From Bacteroidia bacterium (GTDB lineage Bacteria; Bacteroidota; Bacteroidia; AKYH767-A; OLB10), in the NCBI GenBank assembly GCA_038206385.1, contig JBBRAW010000005.1, positions 4,241 through 68,240 on the forward strand: a stretch of 64,000 nt of DNA, given 5' to 3'. The notes under the pieces are model-generated. The model did not search any database, was not told the DNA's origin, and saw only the letters and a list, made by a program, of their open reading frames with translations. Positions 42,212 through 53,750 of this stretch are shown here, piece after piece. Positions within the stretch are counted from its first letter, which is position 1; each line of letters begins with the position of its first letter. The translations under genes and the position numbers were made by a program.

Positions 42212-43678
42212 ATGAATTTACTAAAACTATTTACAGCATTACTTTTTGTAACAAGCACTACAGCGCTTTTAGCTCAACAAGACGTTAAAACAGTTGATAT
42301 GAATAAGATCAATGGAATGAAGAAAGCTGGTAAATTAACGGGTAAAGAGCATTTTGTAAATTACGATGCAAAGGGTTTACACCCCTTTAAAATCACGAAT
42401 AAGGTTGCACACAATGCAACTAACGGATGTAATTGTTGGATCGATCGTGATTCAACATGGAACGTAGTATCGTTTGATGGATCGGGAGTAAATGGTGGTC
42501 CTGGTGCGCCTCCAGAATATAGAAATGATGATTGGTCATCAGATGTTATAGGTCTTCCTTTTACCTTTTGTTTTTATGGTGATCCAATAAATGATGTCTA
42601 CATTAATAATAACGGAAACTTATCAATGCTTAATCCATATCCAGATTATACATCAACGCCATTTCCTAATTCTTTGTACGAGATGATTGCTCCATTTTGG
42701 GCAGATGTTGATTCGCGTGATTTAACTAGTGGATTAGTGTATTATAAACTAACAAATTCATCTCTCCTTATTCAGTGGGAAAACGTTGGGTATTACGACA
42801 CCCATTCTGATTTAGTAAATTCATTTCAGATGGTTATCACCAATAACACTGATTCAATAATTCCTGATAGCGATAATGTTTCTTTTTGCTATAAAGATAT
42901 GCAATGGACAACCGGAGATGCATCGATTGGTATTAATGGATTTTATGGCACACCAGCAACAGTTGGTATCAATAAAGGAAATGGAATTGAATATATTCAG
43001 ATAGGGCAATTCGATCAACCGGGAAATGCATTTGATGGTCCTTTTGGAAATAATGATGGAATTGATGCTTTGGATAATCAATATTTTTATTTCAATGTTT
43101 GTGCTGCTGGCAATAATGTTCCTCCAATAGTAAATTTACCTATTGGATGCGACACTGTTACAATTTCACCTTTAGATACATTTGCTTTAAAGATCAATTT
43201 TCTTTCACCGGAACAAAATCAATTTACAACAATTACATATAATGCTCCAGGAATAAATGGATTAACGGATGTAATTAACCCCGGAAATTTTGCCTCAATA
43301 GAATTTCGTGCGCCAGGAAATTTAAACGCTGGTAACAAAACTATACATGTATATGCTACTGATAATGGAACGCCTCCTGCAACATCAGCTGCAACAATAA
43401 ATCTCAATTTCACTTCTGCGACTGGAATATATGATCTTTATTCGACAAATAAAAATATTACAGTTACAAATCCAGTATCCGACATCTGTACGATAAATTC
43501 ATCAAGCTATACTAATTCTACATTGAAAATTTTTGATTTTATGGGAAGAGTTCTCATTCAAGAATATTTTAATGTAAAAGCAACTGTTAATGTAAATATG
43601 TTGAGTAAGGGAATTTATATTATTGAGCTATCAGATAAAAAAGGAAATAAATCACAACAAAAATTTGAAAAACTGTAG
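42212..43678 (+). CDS. Secreted protein with nidogen-like (NIDO) domain and T9SS C-terminal domain
   Basis: Signal peptide. LPFTFCFYG..YINNNG..IAPFWADVD..IQWENVGYY..NSFQ NIDO-type pattern. C-terminal KGIYIIEL...KFEK. Confidence 0.75.
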   Translation: MNLLKLFTALLFVTSTTALLAQQDVKTVDMNKINGMKKAGKLTGKEHFVNYDAKGLHPFKITNKVAHNATNGCNCWIDRDSTWNVVSFDGSGVNGGPGAPPEYRNDDWSSDVIGLPFTFCFYGDPINDVYINNNGNLSMLNPYPDYTSTPFPNSLYEMIAPFWADVDSRDLTSGLVYYKLTNSSLLIQWENVGYYDTHSDLVNSFQMVITNNTDSIIPDSDNVSFCYKDMQWTTGDASIGINGFYGTPATVGINKGNGIEYIQIGQFDQPGNAFDGPFGNNDGIDALDNQYFYFNVCAAGNNVPPIVNLPIGCDTVTISPLDTFALKINFLSPEQNQFTTITYNAPGINGLTDVINPGNFASIEFRAPGNLNAGNKTIHVYATDNGTPPATSAATINLNFTSATGIYDLYSTNKNITVTNPVSDICTINSSSYTNSTLKIFDFMGRVLIQEYFNVKATVNVNMLSKGIYIIELSDKKGNKSQQKFEKL

Positions 43679-43726
43679 AAGTTCAAGAACTTTTTTGCAA
43701 CAATAAAATATAATATTTTTAATACT

Positions 43727-44083
43727 TTAATTTGTAGTAATTATAACCACGGCTTTCCCAAGCTGTCCATTTACAGGTGGATTAAACTTGGTAACTGCAA
43801 CTCGAATCTGTGAACAAGTTGGATAAATTTGTTGAAGACGATTTAAAATTCTTCCGGCTACGTGTTCTATTAATTTACTGCGAATCGCCATTTCTTCACG
43901 AACCATACTATGTAAGACAACGTAATTGGCTGTGAATTGTAAATCATCCGTTTCAACTGCTTTTGAAAAGTCTAATGTGAGATCAAGATCGACTGAAAAG
44001 CGACTTCCAATTTTTCCTTCCTCTTCGATGCATCCATGATACGCATGGCATTCGATATTATGAATATGTAATTCGTGATTCAT
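43727..44083 (-). CDS. folB: Dihydroneopterin aldolase
   Basis: HAYHGCIEEE, FSVDL, SKLIEHVA, VTKFNPPV. Start overlaps the glnS stop (TAATG). Confidence 0.92.
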   Translation of the reverse strand: MNHELHIHNIECHAYHGCIEEEGKIGSRFSVDLDLTLDFSKAVETDDLQFTANYVVLHSMVREEMAIRSKLIEHVAGRILNRLQQIYPTCSQIRVAVTKFNPPVNGQLGKAVVIITTN

Positions 44084-45753
44084 TAATCTTTTTTCTGCTC
44101 TTTCGACCAAGCATCTTTTAAGGTAACCGTTCTATTAAACACTAAATTATTTTCTGTTGTGTCTTTATCAATACAGAAATAACCTTTGCGCATAAACTGA
44201 AAAAACTGTCCTTCTTTTGCATCTTTGAGTGAAGGTTCCATCATTGCATTTTTAATGATGTGCAAACTATCAGGATTAATGTATTCTTTGAAATCACCTT
44301 CTTCACTTGATGGATCTTCTACTTTAAAAAGACGATCATACAAACGAATTTCTGCAGGAATAGCATGCGTAACACTAGCCCAATGAATAGTGCCTTTTAC
44401 CGTCATTCCAGAAGTATCATTACCACTTTTACTTTCAGGAATATAACGACAATGTACTTCTAAAATATTTCCTTCTGCATCCTTTTTGAAATCATCACAA
44501 GTAACGATGTATGCACTCTTTAAACGAACAGACAAACCAACACCTAAACGGAAAAATTTCTTTGGTGCATTTTCCATAAAGTCATCACGCTCGATCCAAA
44601 GTTCATTGGAGAATGGTAAGTCGCGTGTGCCACCATGGTTTTCTGCTTCAGGATTATTTTCAGCAGGTAGCATTTCGATTTTTCCTTCAGGATAATTTGT
44701 GATGATTAGTTTTATTGGATCCAAAACTGCCATCACACGATTTGCTTTTTTGTTGAGATCTTCACGAATACAAAATTCAAGAAGACCAACATCAATCATA
44801 TTTTCACGACGAGCAACACCTACTTTATCAGTAAAATTACGAATGCTTTCGGGAGTATAACCGCGACGACGCAAAGCAGAAATTGTTGGCATACGTGGAT
44901 CATCCCAACCTGAAACATGTTTCTCATTCACGAGTTGTAAAAGTTTGCGTTTACTCATCACCGTATAGTTTAAATTAAGGCGCGCAAACTCATATTGATG
45001 ACTAGGAAATAAATTTAATTGTTTGATGAACCAATCGTAAAGCGGTTTATGCACTTCGAATTCTAGCGTGCAAATTGAATGCGTTATTTCTTCAATAGCA
45101 TCACTTTGTCCGTGTGCAAAATCATACATTGGATAGATGCACCACTTATCACCTGTGCGATGGTGATGAACATGTTTGATACGATACATTAATGGGTCGC
45201 GCAAATGCATGTTAGGAGATGCCATATCAATTTTTGCACGTAAAACTTTTTCACCTTCTTTGAACTCGGCATTACGCATACGTGTGAAGAGATCTAAATT
45301 TTCTTCAACGCTCCGATAGCGGAATGGACTTTCTTTTCCTGCTTCTGTAGGTGTTCCTTTCATCGCAGCAATTTGCTCTGCAGAAGAATCATCAACATAA
45401 GCCAAACCTTTTTTTATTAGTGTTACTGCAAACTCATAAATTTTATCGAAATAATCGGAAGCATAAAATTCATTTGCCCAATTATATCCTAGCCAACGAA
45501 TATCTTTTTTTATACTTTCAACATATTCTGTTTCTTCCTTTTCAGGATTTGTATCATCGAAACGCAAATTTGTTTTTCCATTAAACTCATTTGCCAATCC
45601 AAAATTTACAGCGATAGATTTCGAATGACCAATATGTAAATAACCATTTGGTTCGGGAGGAAAACGCGTTAAAACTCTTCCGTTATTTTTTCCGTTTGCG
45701 ATATCTTCGCTAATAATTTCTTCAAGAAAATTGGGACCTTTTTCAGTACTCAT
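44083..45753 (-). CDS. glnS: Glutamine--tRNA ligase
   Basis: [46 protein letters not shown]. Confidence 0.97.
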   Translation of the reverse strand: MSTEKGPNFLEEIISEDIANGKNNGRVLTRFPPEPNGYLHIGHSKSIAVNFGLANEFNGKTNLRFDDTNPEKEETEYVESIKKDIRWLGYNWANEFYASDYFDKIYEFAVTLIKKGLAYVDDSSAEQIAAMKGTPTEAGKESPFRYRSVEENLDLFTRMRNAEFKEGEKVLRAKIDMASPNMHLRDPLMYRIKHVHHHRTGDKWCIYPMYDFAHGQSDAIEEITHSICTLEFEVHKPLYDWFIKQLNLFPSHQYEFARLNLNYTVMSKRKLLQLVNEKHVSGWDDPRMPTISALRRRGYTPESIRNFTDKVGVARRENMIDVGLLEFCIREDLNKKANRVMAVLDPIKLIITNYPEGKIEMLPAENNPEAENHGGTRDLPFSNELWIERDDFMENAPKKFFRLGVGLSVRLKSAYIVTCDDFKKDAEGNILEVHCRYIPESKSGNDTSGMTVKGTIHWASVTHAIPAEIRLYDRLFKVEDPSSEEGDFKEYINPDSLHIIKNAMMEPSLKDAKEGQFFQFMRKGYFCIDKDTTENNLVFNRTVTLKDAWSKEQKKD

Positions 45754-45804
45754 AATTTATAAATTTAAATCTGTTTAAACAGAAAATTATTTTATTAATG
45801 TTTT

Positions 45805-47358
45805 TTAATCAGCAGCAACTGATGGCAAAGTATTTACAGCGAAATTTATTCTTGTTAACACTTCTTCCTTTCCAAGCAAAGCAACCATTCCAAAAAGGTC
45901 AACTCCTGAAGCTTGTCCTGATAAAATCATACGAAACAATGGTAATACTTCGCCAGGTTTAATTCCATTTTCCGTTGCAAGATTTTCGAAAGATGATTTG
46001 CAAGTAAATGCATCAAATGTTGTTAACGATTTATAAACTTCTACTAATTTATTTAAGAACAATGCAGCCGGTGCATTCCATCTTTTTGCAATTACTTTTT
46101 CATCGTATGTTGAAGGTGCTTCAAATAAATAATGTCCTTTCTCATAAAATTCACTTTCAAAATGTACGCGCTCTTTTAAAAGATTTATTGCAGCAATTGC
46201 ATACTGGAAAGTAGATCGATGATCGGAAATCTTTAACTGTTTTTTGATAAGAGGAATAAAACGTTGAGCAAGATCAGCATCATTCTCCATTCTTAAATAT
46301 TGTTCATTGAACCATTTTGCTTTTTCAGGATCGAAACGTGCTCCAGCTTTATGAACACGTTCAAAAGTGAAACTCTCTATCAATTCATCCATCGAAAAAA
46401 TTTCTTTTTCCGTACCAGGATTCCATCCTAAGAAAGCTAACATATTTACAAATCCTTGCGCGTAATATCCTTTTTCTCGGTAGCCTGATGAAACTTCACT
46501 TGTAGCAGGGTCTTTCCATTCGAGAGGGAAAACAGGAAATCCTAATCGGTCACCATCACGTTTACTAAGTTTTCCATTGCCTTCTGGCTTTAGTAATAAA
46601 GGTAAATGTGCATAACGTGGCATTTTATCCTTTAAGCCTAAGTATTGATAAATTAAAATGTGTGCAGGTGCTGATGGCAACCATTCCTCTCCACGAATTG
46701 CGTGTGTGATGTCCATCATGATATCATCCACAACATGTGCAAGATGATATGTTGGCATTCCATCGGCTTTAATTAACACCTTATCATCAACCAAATTACT
46801 TTCGAAAGTAACATCGCCACGAATCATATCATTAAAAGTAATATGTTGATCGGGTTCTACTTTTAAACGGATTACATGAGCTTCATTTGTGGCGATACGT
46901 TTTTGTACATCATCTGCAGAAAGCGATAAAGCATTTTGCATTGCGCCACGAGTTTTAGAATCATACTGCCATCCTTGATTTCCGGAAGCTTCTGCTTGCT
47001 TACGAGCTGCATCCAATTCTTCCGTTTTATCAAAAGCATAATATGCATGACCAGATGAAATTAATTGTTCAGCATATTGCTGATAATAACCTTTTGATTT
47101 GCGCTCACTTTGACGATATGGTTCATGTGTTCCACCAAAACTTACACCTTCATCGGGAATAATATTACACCACGTTAATGCCTCTATAATGTACTCTTCT
47201 GCACCTGGGACATATCTATTTTGATCGGTATCTTCAATACGAAGAATGAACTGACCTTTGTGTTGTTTAGCGAAAAGGTATGCGTATAATGCGGTGCGAA
47301 CGCCTCCCATGTGTAATGGTCCTGTGGGACTTGGTGCAAATCGAGTTCTAACAATCAT
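45805..47358 (-). CDS. gltX: Glutamate--tRNA ligase
   Basis: RTRFAPSPTGPLHMGG, LRIEDTD, IRGEEWL, KLSKRDG. Confidence 0.97.
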   Translation of the reverse strand: MIVRTRFAPSPTGPLHMGGVRTALYAYLFAKQHKGQFILRIEDTDQNRYVPGAEEYIIEALTWCNIIPDEGVSFGGTHEPYRQSERKSKGYYQQYAEQLISSGHAYYAFDKTEELDAARKQAEASGNQGWQYDSKTRGAMQNALSLSADDVQKRIATNEAHVIRLKVEPDQHITFNDMIRGDVTFESNLVDDKVLIKADGMPTYHLAHVVDDIMMDITHAIRGEEWLPSAPAHILIYQYLGLKDKMPRYAHLPLLLKPEGNGKLSKRDGDRLGFPVFPLEWKDPATSEVSSGYREKGYYAQGFVNMLAFLGWNPGTEKEIFSMDELIESFTFERVHKAGARFDPEKAKWFNEQYLRMENDADLAQRFIPLIKKQLKISDHRSTFQYAIAAINLLKERVHFESEFYEKGHYLFEAPSTYDEKVIAKRWNAPAALFLNKLVEVYKSLTTFDAFTCKSSFENLATENGIKPGEVLPLFRMILSGQASGVDLFGMVALLGKEEVLTRINFAVNTLPSVAAD

Positions 47359-47457
47359 TTTCTATGACCCATTAATTTATTGGATTGCAAAGATAGTTTT
47401 ATGATTACTGATAAAATAGCATCGCTATAGAATTTCAACTAAACATTTTATGTTGTT

Positions 47458-49179
47458 TCATTTAAAATAAGAAGCGCTTACGGTTACACTGTCCGCGCGA
47501 ACAATTTTAAAACCAGAACTCAAATCGGTACCGCGAAGTTGAATAGAATTATATAATCGTGGTGTACAAGGAATAGGTTGATTCCAGCATCGCCGATTTC
47601 CAACAGGCATTGAAATAAGAAAACCATTCAAATTTTTCTCAACAACCACAATAGGTTTGTATTTAATTTCTGGATAAATTAAATGTTGCTTCAAATTAAT
47701 TTCACCAAAAGCAATCATTTTAATTGGCCAAATACTAGAATATCCTGCAAATAAAATTAATAGAATTACAATACTGTTATGAATCATTTTTTTATTGAAC
47801 ATGAAAATCTCTAAACAATAAAAAATAATAATTGCAATACAAACAAAAATATAAGCTTGTCCGAATCTAAATGCGGGCGCCATCATAAACCAAAATAAGA
47901 TACAAAGTAAATAAGTGACTCCGAAATAAAACAACGAGCGAGATGCGATTTTACCAAGAACTTTTTTCGTAAAAATAATCAAACTTAATACTATCATTCC
48001 AACAACTGCAATTAATAATGAAATCACGTTTACCCAAAGTTGATTTCCAAACCAAATTGGAAACCACTGTTTAAATGTTAGCTGGAAATCATCGTACTGC
48101 TCAAGAATTCTAGCATGCGAACAAATCCAACTTTTTGTAATTACAGCTTCGTTATATGGAACTTTCCAGTCGTAATTGAACACATCAATTGATGGATATG
48201 GGAAGACTAAATAACCAGAGAGAATTACATTTCTTACAAGCCAAGGAATTATTACAATTAGAGTGAAAAAGCACAGTGTAAATAAGTGTTTTGCCTTTAT
48301 AATATTTCTTGCATAAAAAAGCATTAGTGGCAAAACAAAAATTACTGGTAATGCTGATAATTTTGTTGTGATACAGGTAAGTATTATTAAACAAATTATT
48401 AAACTTTTAAAATCAAATTTTTGCAAGGAATTGCTTTTAATCTTTTCCATGATTACCATAAACACAAAAATTTCAAGAATATAAATTATTATATCTGGAT
48501 ATGGTAATGCTGCATCAAGTTTAAAAAAATAAAATGTTGGTATTACTAAGAATGCATAAATAGCATTTCTATATTCCTTTCCATTTATATTTTGTATTAG
48601 ATAAACCAATAGTATTAGAAGAAAATAACTATTTAAAACATGGTATGAAAAATCTTTCAAGAATGTAAAACTGAAAAGAGCAGATGAGATAAAGAAGCTA
48701 GAGTTAAAAGCATAATTAGGATATAGATTACCTAGTCCTGGAATAGCAGGATATTTTTCAATCCATTGGATAACTTGTGCATGATAAAGACCAGTATCGC
48801 TATCGAAATAAACACCCTTAATATTCATAAAAAGAACATTAAAAATGATGATTAAAAATATGAAAAGTTGTTTCGCATTAATTTCCTTAATCTTTTGTAC
48901 TCCTGATTGAAACATTACCATAAATTGTTTCTTAAAAATAATGCAGCCAATTACTTCAGAAAGTATGAGAAATAAATTTGCTACAAGTGCAACTTTAAAA
49001 AATAGTGCATAAATACTTATTGCTGCAGTAATAATACAGTATCCAATTACACTTAATAAAATAGGATTACTAAATGACTGTTCTTTAAAGTTGTTTTTAT
49101 AAATTGTTACTTGCAATAAAAAACCAGCAACACTAGTAAGTACAAAAATATAGATCCAAATTAAAAGTATGGATAACAT
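47458..49179 (-). CDS. Polytopic membrane protein (GT-C-like / LIC_10190-like)
   Basis: More than 12 hydrophobic segments; DTGLYHAQVIQW, PGLGNL, GYLVFP..DW motifs. Confidence 0.65.
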   Translation of the reverse strand: MLSILLIWIYIFVLTSVAGFLLQVTIYKNNFKEQSFSNPILLSVIGYCIITAAISIYALFFKVALVANLFLILSEVIGCIIFKKQFMVMFQSGVQKIKEINAKQLFIFLIIIFNVLFMNIKGVYFDSDTGLYHAQVIQWIEKYPAIPGLGNLYPNYAFNSSFFISSALFSFTFLKDFSYHVLNSYFLLILLVYLIQNINGKEYRNAIYAFLVIPTFYFFKLDAALPYPDIIIYILEIFVFMVIMEKIKSNSLQKFDFKSLIICLIILTCITTKLSALPVIFVLPLMLFYARNIIKAKHLFTLCFFTLIVIIPWLVRNVILSGYLVFPYPSIDVFNYDWKVPYNEAVITKSWICSHARILEQYDDFQLTFKQWFPIWFGNQLWVNVISLLIAVVGMIVLSLIIFTKKVLGKIASRSLFYFGVTYLLCILFWFMMAPAFRFGQAYIFVCIAIIIFYCLEIFMFNKKMIHNSIVILLILFAGYSSIWPIKMIAFGEINLKQHLIYPEIKYKPIVVVEKNLNGFLISMPVGNRRCWNQPIPCTPRLYNSIQLRGTDLSSGFKIVRADSVTVSASYFK

Positions 49180-49213
49180 AAATTAGTGGTTTATCTTTAT
49201 GCAAATATTCATA

Positions 49214-50749
49214 CTATTTACCTTCTACTTTTACTCCATCCAATTTTTTCAGATCACCATTTTGATACGTTGAAGAAAGCATTAATATTCCATCTACATC
49301 AAACGATTTCCAAACACCATCTTTTAAACCTAATCGATAATTTCGTTCCTCTTTAACTTTACCATTATCATAATAATATTTATGGATACCATTTTCTTGT
49401 CCTTCAAAATAGTCACCTTCAAAAGCAAGTTTACCATTTAAATAAAATTGTTTCCATGGTCCGTCCATATTTCCTTCTACATAATTACCCTCGGCATTGT
49501 ATTCTCCATTACGGTATTTCCAAGGACCTTCACGTAAACCATTTGAATAATTTCCTTCTGCAATTAAAGTATTGTTAATATCGAATTCTTTACTGTGTCC
49601 TTCTTCTTTTCCATCCTTATACGTTTCTTCTCTTAGCGTTTTTCCATCTTGATAATACCATTTCCAAATGGAATTAGGAAGATTATTTTTGTACGATCCT
49701 TGTTGTTGAATTTGTTGATTTATATAATAGAACGTCCACATACCATCACGTTTCCCGTCTTTAAATATACCTTCCGACTTTACCATGCCATTTGAATAAA
49801 AATATTTCCATGAACCTTGTTGCAATCCGCTTGCATCAATTATTCCACCTTCGGCAATCACTTTATCATTATCATACAATTTTGAGGAAGTGATCGTTCC
49901 CTTAGTATCATATTCACGATATACACCTTCTTTAATTCCATTGATAAGATTTACAGAAGATTTTGGATGACCATTATTAAAGTAGTCTCGTTTAATATCA
50001 AGTTTTATATTGACAGCTTCATCGGCAACTAATTCACCATTTTTATAAATCTCCATTTGTTTAACAATACCATCATCTGTAAACGTTCTAAAAACGCCAT
50101 TCTTCTTATCGTCTTTCCAAGAACCTTCCGTTGATACATTTCCTGATTTAAAAAACTCTTTCCATGTACCTTGTTTAAAACCGAATTTATCAAAGCGATT
50201 TATTTTTTCTTCTTTTACAAAGAAACCATTTTTATATTTTGTTAAAGTTATAATCCTTCCATCTTCTGCAAACTCTTTTGCTGTTCCATCTTCTGCACCA
50301 TTTTTTAAGAAAATAATTTTTTCAAGATACCCTTGAGGACTATAATATTTTGCAATACTATCAGGAATTCCATTATTTATCCAACGTTCCAATGCTAATT
50401 TTCCATCTGGAAAAAAATCGTTTTCCATTCCATTTTTAATTCCATTAACGTAAGTATATTCGGTAGTTTTATTTTCTTTTTCATCATAAAATTTCCAAAT
50501 ACCATCAAGCTTACCATTTACACGATTTCCTTCCGATTTTAATTTTCCATTGTCGTAATACGCTTTCCAAATCCCATCAGGTTGATTATTCACAAAATTA
50601 CCTTCAGAAGAAACTTTACCATTTGAATAATAAAATTTCATTGGACCATTTTTAGGAAGTTCTGTTACCTGAGCAAAAACAGAATTGCTAAAAAATGATA
50701 AACAGATAAAAAAGAATATATTTATTTTAATTAATCGCATAGTTAACAA
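49214..50749 (-). CDS. Secreted MORN-variant repeat protein (YwqK-like)
   Basis: Signal peptide followed by many G.WK.YY.NG...EG.Y.NG repeats. Confidence 0.85.
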   Translation of the reverse strand: MLTMRLIKINIFFFICLSFFSNSVFAQVTELPKNGPMKFYYSNGKVSSEGNFVNNQPDGIWKAYYDNGKLKSEGNRVNGKLDGIWKFYDEKENKTTEYTYVNGIKNGMENDFFPDGKLALERWINNGIPDSIAKYYSPQGYLEKIIFLKNGAEDGTAKEFAEDGRIITLTKYKNGFFVKEEKINRFDKFGFKQGTWKEFFKSGNVSTEGSWKDDKKNGVFRTFTDDGIVKQMEIYKNGELVADEAVNIKLDIKRDYFNNGHPKSSVNLINGIKEGVYREYDTKGTITSSKLYDNDKVIAEGGIIDASGLQQGSWKYFYSNGMVKSEGIFKDGKRDGMWTFYYINQQIQQQGSYKNNLPNSIWKWYYQDGKTLREETYKDGKEEGHSKEFDINNTLIAEGNYSNGLREGPWKYRNGEYNAEGNYVEGNMDGPWKQFYLNGKLAFEGDYFEGQENGIHKYYYDNGKVKEERNYRLGLKDGVWKSFDVDGILMLSSTYQNGDLKKLDGVKVEGK

Positions 50750-50847
50750 GTATAAATCAAAAATAAATTGATCATAGTTTGACGAAGTTAAGCATCAATA
50801 CTCAACCACGAATCATTAGTACGTAAAAACGATACAATCTGTTTTAT

Positions 50848-51852
50848 TTAAAGGCCAAGTTGGGCTGAAATTTCGAGCATCCGTTTTAAAGGACGTAAGG
50901 CATCTTCACGTATTGACTCTTGAATTAATACTTCTGGTTTTTCATGTTTCATGCAGAGATACACTTTTTCCAGCGTATTTAATTTCATGTGTGGACAATC
51001 ATTGCATGCACAATTATTATCCGGTGGGGCGGGTATAAAAGTCTTATTAGGTGAATCCTTTTGCATTTGATGGAGGATACCGCTTTCCGTTGCTACGATA
51101 AAGGATTGGGCTTTATTTTCCTTTGTAAATTTTAAAAGTGCCGTTGTTGAACCTATAAATTCGGCCATTTTTAAAACGGCTTCTTCACATTCTGGATGAG
51201 CAATAATTACTGCTTGAGGATTACGTATTTTAAGTTGAGCAATTTTTTGCTGTGAAAAAATCTCATGGACCATACAGGTACCATTCCATAATACTAAATC
51301 GCGACCTGTTTTTTTAGCCACATAAGCACCTAAATTTTTATCAGGAGCAAAAATTATGGGTGTTTCTTTAGGGATAGAATTAACAATTTGTACTGCGTTG
51401 CTAGAGGTACAAATAATATCACTAAGTGCTTTAATGGCAGCAGTGCAGTTGATATAACTGATCACAATATGATTGGAATGTGCATCTCTAAATCGCTTAA
51501 AATCAGCTGGTGGGCAAGAATCTGCTAAAGAACATCCAGCTCTGAAATCGGGCATAACCACTTTTTTGCTTGGATTCAGCAATCGGGCAGTCTCCGCCAT
51601 GAAGTGAACACCAGCGAAAACGATCATATCTGCTTTCGTTTTTTCAGCTTGTTGAGCTAGACCTAGGCTATCTCCGATATAATCGGCAACATCCTGAATG
51701 TCAGAATCTTGGTAGTAATGAGCAAGGATGACAGCATTTTTCTCAATTTTAAGCTTCTTAATTTCCTCGAAAAGATCTAATCTAGGATCAACTTTTTCAC
51801 GGACAAAACCAGTCGTTGCGAAGTCGAAATCAGCTGAAGCGTTCATATCCAT
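50848..51852 (-). CDS. nadA: Quinolinate synthase
   Basis: [45 protein letters not shown]. Confidence 0.96.
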   Translation of the reverse strand: MDMNASADFDFATTGFVREKVDPRLDLFEEIKKLKIEKNAVILAHYYQDSDIQDVADYIGDSLGLAQQAEKTKADMIVFAGVHFMAETARLLNPSKKVVMPDFRAGCSLADSCPPADFKRFRDAHSNHIVISYINCTAAIKALSDIICTSSNAVQIVNSIPKETPIIFAPDKNLGAYVAKKTGRDLVLWNGTCMVHEIFSQQKIAQLKIRNPQAVIIAHPECEEAVLKMAEFIGSTTALLKFTKENKAQSFIVATESGILHQMQKDSPNKTFIPAPPDNNCACNDCPHMKLNTLEKVYLCMKHEKPEVLIQESIREDALRPLKRMLEISAQLGL

Positions 51853-51959
51853 TTTTTTTGTTCGTTGGCCATATTCAGGGGAGAAGTCTGAAAGCCAACG
51901 GAGACAAAGGTCGGAGATTTCAGAGATAAAAATATTTTTTTTCGAATAAACTAATGAAC

Positions 51960-52450
51960 CTTTTAGATCTTAACAGCTATTATATTTATTTAAATATTTT
52001 TAAAATAATTAATGTTAATAATAGGCTGTTAGTTTGGTTTATAAAATAGTGTTGAAATGCTTGTTGCTAACGATTATTAGAGTGGGTTAAAGAGTAATCA
52101 ACATGTTATTAGCGCTTAAGTAATTGATATTGTAATTAAGTTCATTGTTATTAACAGATGCTTATAACCTCAACTTTTTAGTGATTGTTATTTACTAATT
52201 GGTCGATTTGGTGTATAAAAAAGTTAACAAGAAATGATAACGAAATATAAAAAATCATGCCGTCGTATTGGTTTAAATATAAGCCAGCTATTAAATGAGA
52301 TTCCAAATTAACTTGTGATAGAGATATGAACAGGTAAAAAGGTTATTAACACAAGTACTAACAATTATTAGCGGGGAGAATAAGTATAAATAACTAAATA
52401 ATGCGGCGTAAAAGTTGTCATTTTTATTCATGTAGATAATCTATTTTTGG
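51960..52450. other. Candidate replication origin (oriC)
   Basis: Divergent AT-rich gap of about 670 bp. TTATTAACA boxes at 52013 (reverse), 52148 and 52343, plus variants. Almost pure A/T tract near 51978-52021. Gene strand switches here; parS cluster lies about 18-21 kb away. Confidence 0.5.
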
Positions 52451-52523
52451 AAAGAGTAAATTTAAATATGATTTAATGCATATTTGAAACTTGAAATTAA
52501 TAGTAATGTAAAAGCGGAATAGT

Positions 52524-53711
52524 ATGCATATTTTAATAATACCATCATGGTATAAATCATATCCAGGAGATGTACTTGGAAGTTTTTTTGAGGAGCAGGC
52601 GAGAGCTTTAAAAAAGAATGGACATCAGGTGGGAATATTATTTCAGATATTTTTCCCTTTCTCAGATATATTTAAGAAGAAGTTAAAATATCCAGGTTAT
52701 TATGATGATAATGGAATTCCTACAATAGTATATGGTATTCAAGGATTCGTTCCACGATCAAGAAAATTTAATGATGCTTATGAAACGTATGTTACAAATA
52801 GAAAATTTAAACAATATGTAAAGCAATTTGGAATACCAGATATTATTCATGCGCATTCTATATTTGATGCAGGTCTTTTTGGTATTGATCTTTCAAAGAG
52901 ATACAATATACCTTTAGTAATAACGGAGCATCTAACACATTATATTACAGGAAAATTATCATTAGATCACGACATTCCTTTAGCACGAAAAATTTTTAGT
53001 GAAACAGATTGTTGTTTAGTTGTTGGTACTTTATTTAAAGAAGAATTAGCAAAAGCGGTGAATTTACCTTCATCAACATTTAAGGTAGTTTACAATATGG
53101 TTTCTGATTTATTTTTTACGAATGTTAAAGAAAAAAAATATCAGCAAGGAGAAGAATTTATTTTTTTTACTAATTCTTTTTTGAATCCACGAAAGAACCA
53201 CCAACTACTATTTAAATCGTTAAAAAAAATTCTTGATAAGGGATTTAAAGCAAAATTAATTGTTGGAGGATTTGGTGAAACAGAACAATATTTAAAGGAG
53301 CTAGTTCAAGAATACGGACTTCAGCAAAATGTAGAATTTACAGGATCGTTAAGTAGAGATCAAGTGAAGGAGAATATTGATAATTGCCATGCTTTTTTAT
53401 TAGCAAGTACGTATGAAACATTTGGAGTAGTATTGATAGAAGCTTTAGCAGGTGGAAGACCAATTATTACTACTGATTCTGGCGGACCGAGGGATATTAT
53501 AAAAAGTGAAACACTTGGTTTCTTATTAAAATCATTTGAGATAGAAGAGTTCGCTTCCGCAATGGAATATATGATAACGAATTATTCAGCGTATAATCAA
53601 TTAGAAATTAGTAAATATGCTTTTGAAAATTTTTCTGAAAATGTTATTTCACAACAGTTGGTGGATATTTACAAAGAGTTGATTCAAAAGAAAGCGAAAG
53701 CTATTGAGTAG
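52524..53711 (+). CDS. Glycosyltransferase family 4 (GT-B)
   Basis: PDIIHAHS, VITEH, ETFGVVLIEALAGGRPIITTDSGGP. Confidence 0.92.
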   Translation: MHILIIPSWYKSYPGDVLGSFFEEQARALKKNGHQVGILFQIFFPFSDIFKKKLKYPGYYDDNGIPTIVYGIQGFVPRSRKFNDAYETYVTNRKFKQYVKQFGIPDIIHAHSIFDAGLFGIDLSKRYNIPLVITEHLTHYITGKLSLDHDIPLARKIFSETDCCLVVGTLFKEELAKAVNLPSSTFKVVYNMVSDLFFTNVKEKKYQQGEEFIFFTNSFLNPRKNHQLLFKSLKKILDKGFKAKLIVGGFGETEQYLKELVQEYGLQQNVEFTGSLSRDQVKENIDNCHAFLLASTYETFGVVLIEALAGGRPIITTDSGGPRDIIKSETLGFLLKSFEIEEFASAMEYMITNYSAYNQLEISKYAFENFSENVISQQLVDIYKELIQKKAKAIE

Positions 53712-53712
53712 A

Positions 53713-53750
53713 AAAAAAGCGTCCGTTCCTGGTTAAGAAACGGACGACAA
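53713..53750. terminator. Hairpin terminator, U-tract on the minus strand
   Basis: CGTCCGTT/AACGGACG stem preceded by A7. Confidence 0.55.

Noticed and set aside
49214-50749. Toxin-antitoxin system implied by the YwqK-like label
   Set aside because: It is a signal-peptide MORN-repeat protein with no adjacent toxin; the label only reflects repeat similarity.
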